A DNA stretch of 59,532 bases from the IMG/VR virus record IMGVR_UViG_3300029479_000004, positions 1 to 59,532 of that record, one strand, 5' to 3'. Made by a program: the position numbers and the translations under genes. Of the stretch, positions 26,502 through 34,779 are shown one piece after another (position 1 is the first letter of the stretch; each line of letters starts with the position of its first letter). The notes under the pieces were generated by a model. It was not told the DNA's origin, searched no databases, and saw nothing but the letters and a program-made list of their open reading frames with translations. This stretch comes from a virus.

Positions 26502-26560
26502 AATCGTCTGACAATCGTCTGACATAAGGCGAAATAATCGTCTGACGTCGCTTTTTCAGA
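26502..26560. repeat. three AATCGTCTGAC iterons; the third extends to a 25-mer shared with the organizer gene
   Basis: Copies at 26502, 26513 and 26536. An AT-rich tract follows (26575..26640). Confidence 0.65.
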
Positions 26561-26774
26561 ACTATGTTCTCTTTCTCTATCTTTTTCTTAATCTTTTAAA
26601 TTAATAATAATATACTGTATCTAAAGCCTATAGGTTTATAGTAAGTGTATATCCGCATACGCGCGCGGCGTAAGTATATAATACCACCGTAAAAAATTAA
26701 GGCTTGACTTTAATCCCGGAAATAGTGTATACCAGAATCAAAGAGATTAAACAGAACGGAGGTGTGAATAGTAT

Positions 26775-27458
26775 ATGCAGGATATAAAGAGTGTAGAGAA
26801 TGTAGATCTTACAAGCCTTATAGTGGATCTAGGTACAGTACAGATATACACATCAACTGTACAAGATTTAATAGACAACGCTTGTATAGAATTCCACATC
26901 GAAGATTTGTTAAAAGCTGGACAGAGACAGTGGAAAGCTGTTATGCAGTATGTTGGTATGCATTTATTCCCGGATACAAAAGCATTAAAAGATAAGAGCT
27001 TAAGTCCTCTTGGTAATGCAACTATACCGACTAACTGCAATAGGTATGATAGAGAGGTATTATATAAGCTTTGTGATTATTATATATACATCTCCAATGT
27101 GTATAGCAAGTTGGTAAGTACGGTAGCATTTAGTTATTTTTGTAATATACCTACGAACACAATGGATATATGGGCTAGTGATGAACCAAGTTCGCTGACT
27201 TTCAAGATGTGGCAAAAATTGCAGCGATCCCGTAAGGATTGTATCCTAGATCGTGCATATGATTCCAATAGCCCTGTAGGCACCATGTTCGTGGGAAATA
27301 ATGAATTCGGCATGAATCAGCCCGGCATTGGCGATAATGCCACGCAACGCAAGGCAATCACAGCGCAGGAGCTGCCAAGATTGGACGAGAAAAAGAGTCA
27401 AGAATTGCACGCAATTGATACACAATTTACGGATGCAGCGGCAAATAATACGGTTTAA
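26775..27458 (+). CDS. terS: terminase small subunit (Terminase_2-like)
   Basis: NRYDREVLYKLCDYY..., FSYFCNIPTNTMDIW..., KLQRSRKDCIL... and GTMFVGNNEFGMNQ follow the TerS pattern. Judged by eye. Confidence 0.5.
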   Translation: MQDIKSVENVDLTSLIVDLGTVQIYTSTVQDLIDNACIEFHIEDLLKAGQRQWKAVMQYVGMHLFPDTKALKDKSLSPLGNATIPTNCNRYDREVLYKLCDYYIYISNVYSKLVSTVAFSYFCNIPTNTMDIWASDEPSSLTFKMWQKLQRSRKDCILDRAYDSNSPVGTMFVGNNEFGMNQPGIGDNATQRKAITAQELPRLDEKKSQELHAIDTQFTDAAANNTV

Positions 27459-27760
27459 ATTGTGTGTGATTATTCTACAATTCACAAATGCAGTAATATC
27501 AATGGTTGTAGCGTTTCTACTGTTCGTAAACTATTCGGAAAAGTTAGGTTTTGCGAATAGTTGCAAGGGTATGACGTGAATTGTATTAAAACAATTTGAT
27601 TTTCACACAATGACAACAGAACGAAACGGAAAATATTTTAGATTTCCATGTTTGCAAGAAAAGGATGGGGAGGGGGTCTGACAGAAAGACCACCGGGCGG
27701 CTACTAAGTCCCTCAAATTCCTACAAAAACAAAAAGTCTTATTCAGACAAAGGAGCATAC

Positions 27761-27943
27761 ATGAATCCACTGAAAATTACAGAGCCAATAGATTCTACAA
27801 ACGCAGAAGAATTTCAAGAAGAGGTAAACAGAGTAATAAAATCACTGTCTGAGTCTTATCGTGAGATAGTAGACATTAAATATTCTACACACGTATTCAA
27901 TTGCTGGAAGAGAGGTTATAGCGCAATAGTGCTTTACCGATAG
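27761..27943 (+). CDS. small hypothetical protein (60 aa)
   Basis: AAAGGAG RBS before MNPLKITEP. Confidence 0.45.
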   Translation: MNPLKITEPIDSTNAEEFQEEVNRVIKSLSESYREIVDIKYSTHVFNCWKRGYSAIVLYR

Positions 27944-27971
27944 CAATAAAAAGCCACTTACAACACACCCA

Positions 27972-28038
27972 TTGACTTTCATCGTAAATAGGCTATAATA
28001 AATTTATAACAATTCACTTTCACGTTGCGAATCGCAAC
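27972..28038 (+). promoter_or_regulatory. promoter TTGACT-16-TATAAT followed by palindrome GTTGCGAATCGCAAC
   Basis: -35 at 27972..27977, -10 at 27994..27999, palindrome at 28024..28038. Confidence 0.6.
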
Positions 28039-28096
28039 TACATTTCCAAAAAATTTTTTAAAAACAAAAAGAGTGTTTCGGACAGGAGAATGATAT

Positions 28097-28432
28097 ATGA
28101 CCGGGAATGAGTATCAGGCTTTAGCAATGAGAACTTGCAATATTCCATACAATCAGAAAAATGACATGCTTAGACACGCAGTGTTTGGACTTACATCAGA
28201 AGCAGGAGAAGTTGCAGGCATTTTGCAAAAGGAATATCAAGGTCATGAGTTTGACAGAGAGCATATGAAAAAAGAATTAGGAGATTGTCTGTGGATGGTT
28301 GCAGAAGCATGTACTGCACTTGAATTTGATATGGACGATGTAATGCAGACGAATATTGATAAATTAAAGGCAAGATTTCCAAAAGGCTTTGATGTTGATA
28401 TGGATTTGCACAGGAAGGCAGGAGATGTGTAA
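28097..28432 (+). CDS. mazG: MazG-like nucleotide pyrophosphohydrolase
   Basis: YQALAMRT...GLTSEAGEVAGILQK...ELGDCLWMVAEAC...NIDKLKARFPKGF. Confidence 0.8.
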   Translation: MTGNEYQALAMRTCNIPYNQKNDMLRHAVFGLTSEAGEVAGILQKEYQGHEFDREHMKKELGDCLWMVAEACTALEFDMDDVMQTNIDKLKARFPKGFDVDMDLHRKAGDV

Positions 28433-28589
28433 TGGGTGAATGAGAACAGTGCTGCGGCACCTACAAATATGGCTTATGTGTCAAGACAAACGGTTATGTT
28501 TGTTCAAACGGCGAAAGCGATTATGCCGCTGATTTAGTAGAATACATCCATTCATGCGATTTTTGGGAACAGAAACAGGGAAAACTGAA

Positions 28590-28940
28590 ATGAATGAAAC
28601 ATTGATGAAAACCGAGTATTCCACAGCTTTTGATGAAAAGCGCAAAGGTCTGATTGAACAGTCGTATTACAAATACGGACCGGCAAGAATGAATTTTGCA
28701 AACGGGAATGTGGATGCAATCGAAAGTTTAAAAATGTGCCTTGCCAAGTTTGAAGAAACCGGAAATCTTGAATATCTGTGTGATGTTGCGAATTATGCAA
28801 TGTTCCGGTTTATGTTTCCACAGCAGGGCGAGTATTTCGAACATACGAATTCTGATGAATCTGCCGGACTTTGCGGTATGAGCGTAAATGAAATGGAACG
28901 ATTCAAACAGGAACACAACTTTGAGGATGGGGGATATTGA
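28590..28940 (+). CDS. hypothetical protein
   Basis: 116 aa from MNETLMKTEY. Start is uncertain (28554 is an alternative). Confidence 0.45.
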   Translation: MNETLMKTEYSTAFDEKRKGLIEQSYYKYGPARMNFANGNVDAIESLKMCLAKFEETGNLEYLCDVANYAMFRFMFPQQGEYFEHTNSDESAGLCGMSVNEMERFKQEHNFEDGGY

Positions 28941-28941
28941 T

Positions 28942-29094
28942 ATGGCTTTGAAAGTTATTGCAACAGCGACAGATGCTCTTGTAATACTTGGACTTATGGG
29001 AGAACAGGTAAAACAAAAAGACAATTCAAACGCAATGGGGTATTTGTTTTCATACGCGATCTTTGCAATGAATATTATGACCATTTGGAAATGA
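28942..29094 (+). CDS. small membrane protein (50 aa)
   Basis: GAGGATGGGGGA RBS; two hydrophobic segments. Confidence 0.4.
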   Translation: MALKVIATATDALVILGLMGEQVKQKDNSNAMGYLFSYAIFAMNIMTIWK

Positions 29095-29165
29095 TGGGCT
29101 ATCGCCAAGCGGTAAGGCACAGGATTTTGATTCCTGCATTCCGGGTTCGAATCCCGGTAGCCTAA
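29095..29165 (+). tRNA. tRNA-Gln (anticodon UUG)
   Basis: Full cloverleaf: U1-A72, anticodon loop TTTTGAT, T-arm CCGGG-TTCGAAT-CCCGG. Resembles bacterial tRNA-Gln as recalled from memory. Confidence 0.9.
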
Positions 29166-29392
29166 TTGGTTACATGCTGACGTTTCATGTAACCGCGTAT
29201 GTTTTTCATATGTACTTGAACCCTTGGTTGAGTGATTCAAGCATTTGGGTTCCTCCTTTCGCCACTAGGACGATTCTGTTAAGGACGGTGCGAGACCGTC
29301 CGGTGGCTTTCCATCATGCGTCTATCCAACGGCACATGATCGTGCAACGCATAGCACGTAAAACATATTGCTAACCGTCTGATGGCGGTTAT
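29166..29392 (+). ncRNA. structured inter-tRNA RNA (about 225 nt), unknown class
   Basis: Stems GGTTACATG/CATGTAACC, CTTGAA/TTCAAG, GCCAC/GTGGC enclosing GGACGG/CCGTCC, ATCATG/CATGAT, CGTGC/GCACG. No credible ORF. Confidence 0.45.
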
Positions 29393-29464
29393 GGGGATTT
29401 AATTCAGTGGTAGAAGACACGGCTTATATCCGGGTTGTCGCGGGTTCGATTCCTGCAATCCCAA
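29393..29464 (+). tRNA. tRNA-Ile-like (anticodon UAU)
   Basis: Cloverleaf with loop CTTATAT and T-arm GCGGG-TTCGATT-CCTGC. Mismatches at 1-72, 10-25 and 28-42 lower the score. Confidence 0.55.
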
Positions 29465-29547
29465 CGATAGGTCTTGCGTATTCTTTAACAAGAGTATGCG
29501 AAGTGGATTATAAAAGAAACGCACAACAAACAGGCTGCGAGTAGGAA

Positions 29548-29648
29548 GTACAACAAAAGCAGTTCAGACAGGACACTCGAAAATATCCATATGCGTTTGG
29601 TAGCCTTTGATCGAGTGCATCTTGTCAGTTCAATTACATTTGTTGTAC
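29548..29648 (+). ncRNA. nested-helix structured RNA downstream of the tRNAs
   Basis: GTACAACAAA (29548..29557) pairs with TTTGTTGTAC (29639..29648). It encloses a 14-bp bulged stem, 29567..29580 with 29611..29626. Confidence 0.4.
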
Positions 29649-29658
29649 ACGAAAGACA

Positions 29659-29685
29659 CGGAATCTCACGAGGATTCCGATTTTT
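29659..29685 (+). terminator. rho-independent terminator
   Basis: CGGAATC-TCACGAG-GATTCCG followed by ATTTTT. Confidence 0.7.
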
Positions 29686-29704
29686 GCTATGATTGGGGTG
29701 TAAT

Positions 29705-30181
29705 ATGAAAGATTGCTCAATTTGTAAATATTGTGATGAAGATTTTGTTTTTGATGAAGAAACGGGAGAAGAATATCCGTTTTATGGATGCCAAAAAGGG
29801 AATGACACATCACTTGATTATAAGTGTAAAGACTTTGAACAATACAAACCGAAAAAATATAAAGAGAAAAATACCGAATGCGATATATGCGAATACATAG
29901 AAAAATGTGCAAAATATAGTTCTGGGATAGACTGTACAACCCACAGAGATACAAAAACACATATTATTTATCCGCAAGACAAATGTATTAAAAGAGCTTA
30001 TGATTGTACAGATTTTAATAATAGCTTAGAACATAGACATATTGACATAGACCAATGGTTTAGAACTGTTAATATGCCTACAAATGAAGAAATAAAAGTA
30101 TTTAAAAGGGCAAAAGAACTAGGTGTTGAGATACCTAAAGATATTGAAAACTATTTCAAAGAATATGGGATTGAGGTGTAA
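29705..30181 (+). CDS. Cys-rich hypothetical protein
   Basis: 158 aa, MKDCSICKYC...; RBS GGGGTG. Confidence 0.5.
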   Translation: MKDCSICKYCDEDFVFDEETGEEYPFYGCQKGNDTSLDYKCKDFEQYKPKKYKEKNTECDICEYIEKCAKYSSGIDCTTHRDTKTHIIYPQDKCIKRAYDCTDFNNSLEHRHIDIDQWFRTVNMPTNEEIKVFKRAKELGVEIPKDIENYFKEYGIEV

Positions 30182-30182
30182 T

Positions 30183-30353
30183 ATGTGTGAATTTTGTCGG
30201 TATAAAAAGAAAATCATTGATGGTAAAGGAAATTCAGTTCTTTTTGGAGCTGGAAATAACATGATTTTCGACAATAGCGATGGAAAAGAGGTTGCAGGAG
30301 CTGTAAAAATTAATTTTTGCCCTATGTGCGGTAGAAAACTGGTGGAAGAATGA
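30183..30353 (+). CDS. small zinc-ribbon protein (56 aa)
   Basis: MCEFCRY...CPMCGRK. ATG lies 1 nt after the upstream stop. Confidence 0.45.
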   Translation: MCEFCRYKKKIIDGKGNSVLFGAGNNMIFDNSDGKEVAGAVKINFCPMCGRKLVEE

Positions 30354-30715
30354 CTAAACCGATATACACATATACTTCGATTCACATAAAAGAGGCGTTT
30401 CAATTTGAGCAGTTACTTGAAAATATTTTTAAGGGAATGAACGTTTCATATAAGAGAAAAAGTGAGTATATGGAATTTGAAACCGATAAATTTACTTTGA
30501 TATGCGCACCTTTGTTTTCAAATAATTGCTTGCCATACAAGCGGTGTTCATGCCTTATCCTTAACCTTGACTATTCAAGGATTCCGTTTGCAGCATATGA
30601 CAAGGTAGATTATGCAGTAGAAAACATTTTACATGAAATACATCACGACACAGAAGTTATTGACAAAAACAATTTTATGAAAATTATCAAGAAAATGTAC
30701 GAGGTGGAAGAATGA
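30350..30715 (+). CDS. hypothetical protein
   Basis: 121 aa with ATGA overlap. Confidence 0.5.
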   Translation: MTKPIYTYTSIHIKEAFQFEQLLENIFKGMNVSYKRKSEYMEFETDKFTLICAPLFSNNCLPYKRCSCLILNLDYSRIPFAAYDKVDYAVENILHEIHHDTEVIDKNNFMKIIKKMYEVEE

Positions 30716-31008
30716 AACATCAAAAAGAATGGCACACTTGCGACAGGTGCGGTGCTGAAATAGAAAAGCCTAAAATATGGTATGACCGAATGTTCCCTTA
30801 TCTAAGAACCGTAAATTTAAAAAGACCTATGCGTTTCAGAGAAATATTTGCAGAAATTGAACAAGGGAGAATAGAACCGGTTATAAGTAGAGACGGTATA
30901 GACAGTATTATATTGGACGAATACTATTGCACAAAGACAAAGCAAATTGACTTATGCCCTAAGTGCAGGAAAGATTTTGAGAGGTTTATGAGGAATGACC
31001 AGAATTAA
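30712..31008 (+). CDS. zinc-ribbon protein
   Basis: CDRCG...CPKC with ATGA overlap. Confidence 0.5.
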   Translation: MKHQKEWHTCDRCGAEIEKPKIWYDRMFPYLRTVNLKRPMRFREIFAEIEQGRIEPVISRDGIDSIILDEYYCTKTKQIDLCPKCRKDFERFMRNDQN

Positions 31009-31273
31009 AGAAATACTTCATTGCCTGCAATTAGATAGCAGAATAAGGCACAATATAAAATACGCACAAAGAGAATGGTTCTTTTCGTACTTTAAGCACT
31101 TTAGAAAAGATTTAAACATGCCATTACTCAATAGTATCAAGCAAGCAAGAGGAATATCGAAAACTATTTTAGAAAGATGGTATATGCAAGACCTTGTACA
31201 TGATTCTGTAATGCGTATTAGATATTCGAGGAGATGCAATACTCGTGTGTGCAGGGCTGCTAGGAATGATTAG
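30995..31273 (+). CDS. hypothetical protein
   Basis: 92-aa ORF. Confidence 0.4.
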   Translation: MTRIKEILHCLQLDSRIRHNIKYAQREWFFSYFKHFRKDLNMPLLNSIKQARGISKTILERWYMQDLVHDSVMRIRYSRRCNTRVCRAARND

Positions 31274-31286
31274 AGGTTTATGAAAA

Positions 31287-31502
31287 ATGATTGTTAATAC
31301 GGGAACCCAAACCTATGAAATGAGCCGCAAGCAGGCAAAAGCTATCCTTGGAACGGCTAAGAAACTTGCAAATTGCAACATATACGGCATTGAAAAAGGT
31401 AATGTGGTGATTATGCTGAATGAAAAGTATGAGGACGATATGAGCCTTAAAAAAGCCGTAGAGGAGTATAAAAAGAAAGGGTTCAAGGTACATTGGAAAT
31501 GA
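31287..31502 (+). CDS. hypothetical protein
   Basis: 71-aa ORF. Confidence 0.45.
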   Translation: MIVNTGTQTYEMSRKQAKAILGTAKKLANCNIYGIEKGNVVIMLNEKYEDDMSLKKAVEEYKKKGFKVHWK

Positions 31503-31681
31503 AAATAATCAAAGAAGGCAGCCTTAGGTACGAAAGAAAACCTTTAAAGTTTGAGTGTAAGAATTGCAAAACCGTTTTTGAAGCGGAAAAGACTGAATAT
31601 GAATATTGTGGAGATCAAAGGGAAGGCGACAACTACAAGTGCGAATGCCCTTTGTGCCACAAAACAGTATATTACAGCTAA
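31493..31681 (+). CDS. zinc-ribbon protein
   Basis: CKNCK...CPLCHK. Confidence 0.45.
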   Translation: MEMKIIKEGSLRYERKPLKFECKNCKTVFEAEKTEYEYCGDQREGDNYKCECPLCHKTVYYS

Positions 31682-31718
31682 AATAATGATTGCTGATTAT
31701 CAGCGGAAAGGAATTTTT

Positions 31719-32105
31719 ATGAAAAAATTATTTGTAAGCGTGCCAATGAAAGGCAGAACAGAGGAAGAAATCAAAGCAAGTATTCAGAAGATGAAAAAGA
31801 TTGCTGAAATATATGAGGGCGAAGAGTTAGAACTTATCGACAGCTACATTGAGGATAACCCACCTAAAGACAGCAAAGAAGCTGTATGGTATTTAGGAGA
31901 AAGCCTTAAGAAGCTGGCACAGGCTGATGTGTTCATGGGAATATGTGAGAGATATGATTGGAACAGCTGTTGCATTGAAATGGAAACAGCAAATAAATAT
32001 GGCATTAAAGCATATGTGATTCCGGCAAGGTATGTAATTGATGATTATAATGCACTTATAAACAAATTGCATCCGGTTTGCAATGAAGGAATGCCAACAT
32101 TCTAA
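31719..32105 (+). CDS. nucleoside 2-deoxyribosyltransferase-like/DUF4406-like protein
   Basis: MKKLFVSVPMKGRTEEEI...ADVFMG...ETANKYGIKAYV resembles the NDT-like Rossmann pattern. Weak call. Confidence 0.3.
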   Translation: MKKLFVSVPMKGRTEEEIKASIQKMKKIAEIYEGEELELIDSYIEDNPPKDSKEAVWYLGESLKKLAQADVFMGICERYDWNSCCIEMETANKYGIKAYVIPARYVIDDYNALINKLHPVCNEGMPTF

Positions 32106-32202
32106 CAAAATTTTACCGGCTAACAAATGGAGTTAGTCGCTACCCTAAAACAGTTATAGGCAGAGGTCAAGGCACTTCTGCTTTTGCGGAGGTGCTTTTT
32201 AT

Positions 32203-33990
32203 TTGGCTTCAAAGCAGTTAATCAATGCAGTAAATGGATATGAAAACTACATACAGAGAAAAGGCGTTGATGAACAGGTAATAGATGCCCTTTTGAAAGC
32301 GTGCAATGTGGCAATTCGGACGGAAAAAGACGTTGACTATGGATTGACTATAACCGAAAGAACAAAGGCTTTAATAAACGAATATACGCAGAAAAACGCG
32401 GGTGGTAGCATATGGGAACTTGAACGATATGCGCAGGATCACGACATTAAAGGCGGATACAAACTTGTGGATCAGTTCTATGAAGTCTTGCGATTAGAGA
32501 GCTTTTATCGTTTCGAGAGCTTTATTTACTTTATGGAGCGCAAAAGAAATTGGAGTAAACGGTTTTATTATCCACGCCGCAAGACACTGAATATAGTCGC
32601 TCAAGATCTTGAAGATTTGGAAAACCGGAAGATTAAATTTTACGGATTGTCAATGCCATCGCGTGTCGGTAAATCGACTATCTGTATTTTCTTTCTTGCG
32701 TGGGTAGCTTTGCGCAGACCAAACAGCCATAGTGCTATGGGTGGTCACTCCGGTATTTTGGCAAAAGGTTTTTACAAAGAACTGATGAATCTTTTTACCA
32801 CAGAAGAATATACGTTTGCGGAACTTTTTGCTTATTGGCATCCGGAATACGCAAACGCATCAATTCCGACAGACAAGAGTGCGGACGAATTTACAATTAC
32901 ACTTGGAGATCCGGACAGATTCGCAACCGTAACGTGCCGTGGTATTGATGGAACATGGACAGGAGCGGTCGATGTTTCAAAAGATGGATATTTGTATGTC
33001 GATGACTTGGTGCGTGATCGAGAGCATTCATTAAGTCCTACTCGAATGGAAAACACATACCAAGAGTACCTAAACAAGATGGTTGACCGTAAAAATGACG
33101 GCGCAAGGGAATTGATGGTTGGTACTCTTTGGAATGTTTTAGATCCATTGGAGCGAATGAGAAAGCAATATGAGCATGACCAACAATACCGATTCCGTAA
33201 GATTCCGGCACTTAATGAAAATGACGAAAGCAATTTTGCGTATGAAATCAACGGATTTTCCACGGAATACTATCGGGATATGCGAGATAAGCTTGACAAT
33301 GCCGAATGGATGGCTAAGTTTATGCAACAACCATATGTCCGCGAGGGATTGCTTTATACGGATTTGAGACTATTTAACGGAATCCTGCCGGATGGAGATT
33401 TCCGGCGTATTGGAGTTGTGGATGTTGCCTGGGGCGGCGGCGATAGCTTGTCAATGCCGATAGGGGCAGAATATGAAAACGGTGATGTTTATATTTACGA
33501 TTGGGTATTCAACAAAGGCCCGAAAGAGGTAACAATCCCTCTTGTTGTTGGACGAATTATCGGGAATGAGATTCGGCAGACAAGATTTGAGGGAAATACA
33601 GGAGGAGATTTGTATTGCCAATATGTAGATGAAAAGTTACAGGAACAGGACTATAAATGTTCATGCACAAGCAGAAAAGCCCCAAACAAGGTTGAAAAGT
33701 TGTCGAAGATCATAGCGTATTCCGGTGATGTTAAGAGAAAATTCATATTTCTTGATACGCACCGACCGACGCAGGAACAAATGAAGAAAGATTCAGATCT
33801 TGGAGTAACAAGATATTACAGAAATGACGAATATCAAGCGGCTATGGATGAACTTTCTATGTTTGTAAGTATTGGCGGTAATGAACATGACGATGCGGCA
33901 GACGGTTTAACCCAGCTTGAAATGTTTATAGAGAACCCAAACAATACCGCAAAGGTAGAAGCGGCAGTAAACCCATTTAGGAGGTATTAG
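32203..33990 (+). CDS. terL: terminase large subunit
   Basis: Walker A GLSMPSRVGKST, Walker B YLYVDDLV. Nuclease-domain acidic motifs DVAWGGGDS and HDDAADGL. TTG start after GGAGGTG. Confidence 0.85.
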   Translation: MASKQLINAVNGYENYIQRKGVDEQVIDALLKACNVAIRTEKDVDYGLTITERTKALINEYTQKNAGGSIWELERYAQDHDIKGGYKLVDQFYEVLRLESFYRFESFIYFMERKRNWSKRFYYPRRKTLNIVAQDLEDLENRKIKFYGLSMPSRVGKSTICIFFLAWVALRRPNSHSAMGGHSGILAKGFYKELMNLFTTEEYTFAELFAYWHPEYANASIPTDKSADEFTITLGDPDRFATVTCRGIDGTWTGAVDVSKDGYLYVDDLVRDREHSLSPTRMENTYQEYLNKMVDRKNDGARELMVGTLWNVLDPLERMRKQYEHDQQYRFRKIPALNENDESNFAYEINGFSTEYYRDMRDKLDNAEWMAKFMQQPYVREGLLYTDLRLFNGILPDGDFRRIGVVDVAWGGGDSLSMPIGAEYENGDVYIYDWVFNKGPKEVTIPLVVGRIIGNEIRQTRFEGNTGGDLYCQYVDEKLQEQDYKCSCTSRKAPNKVEKLSKIIAYSGDVKRKFIFLDTHRPTQEQMKKDSDLGVTRYYRNDEYQAAMDELSMFVSIGGNEHDDAADGLTQLEMFIENPNNTAKVEAAVNPFRRY

Positions 33991-33993
33991 GAT

Positions 33994-34428
33994 ATGACAA
34001 CAGACAAATATCTTTCGCAGATAAGCAGAATTGACCATGCGATTGCAAATAAGCTGGAAGAAATCAAAAGGCTATCCGATATGGCAACTTCTATATCTAT
34101 ATCTCCGAAAGAGGTGGATGTGCAATCATCTGGCAATCCCGACAAAATGGGGAGCGCGGTATCGAAGATTGTTGATTTGCAGAATGAGGTTCAGACACTT
34201 GTAGATGAATTGGTTGATAAAAGACGTATTATCATATCACAAATTGACAGTATGGATAATACAGATGTATATATCGTGCTTTCATCGCATTATGTCAACG
34301 GAAAAGATTGGAACTTGATTTCCGTTGAGATGAAATATTCCTACAGAAACATTATGAAACTTAGGAAAAGAGCATTGCAGGAGTTTGAAAGACGTTATGG
34401 ACAGCTTTATTCTGAAAAGAGTGCATAA
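33994..34428 (+). CDS. putative sigma-70 region-4-like HTH protein
   Basis: 144 aa. C-terminal ...ISVEMKYSYRNIMKLRKRALQEFERRY resembles small phage sigma-like regulators. Confidence 0.3.
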   Translation: MTTDKYLSQISRIDHAIANKLEEIKRLSDMATSISISPKEVDVQSSGNPDKMGSAVSKIVDLQNEVQTLVDELVDKRRIIISQIDSMDNTDVYIVLSSHYVNGKDWNLISVEMKYSYRNIMKLRKRALQEFERRYGQLYSEKSA

Positions 34429-34587
34429 AAGTACACAATAGTTCACACTCTTTCACAACATTTCCTAAAACTTGCATGATATACTAAAAGAGTAGAAAAA
34501 CAAATTTCTACAACCCCCAAAGTATATAACCCGCAAAAGGCACTGTCAGAAATGGCAGTGTTTTTTATTTACAAGAAAGAGGTTGCT

Positions 34588-34779
34588 ATGAAAAAAGTAA
34601 CTATATATTGCCCGGATTGCGGAAGAATTGCCGGACATTATGATGGGAGATCTACGATAGACCATCCGTGTAAATGTAAAAAATGCAATCATATTGTGAT
34701 TTATCGCGTGGCAACAGGCAAGATTGAAACAAAGCCAATACCGAAGCGCGCTTGCAGTAGTGGAGTTTTATTTATATGA
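34588..34779 (+). CDS. Com-like zinc-finger protein
   Basis: MKKVTIYCPDCGR...CKCKKCNH; 63 aa. Confidence 0.4.
   Translation: MKKVTIYCPDCGRIAGHYDGRSTIDHPCKCKKCNHIVIYRVATGKIETKPIPKRACSSGVLFI

Noticed and set aside
28728-29240. 170-aa minus-strand ORF
   Set aside because: It runs antisense through tRNA-Gln and the structured RNA and has no RBS, so it is treated as spurious.
29239-29260. Minus-strand RBS (GAAAGGAGGAA) plus ATG inside the inter-tRNA RNA
   Set aside because: The reading frame stops after 12 codons. This is more likely a pairing element (CCUCC) of the structured RNA than a gene.
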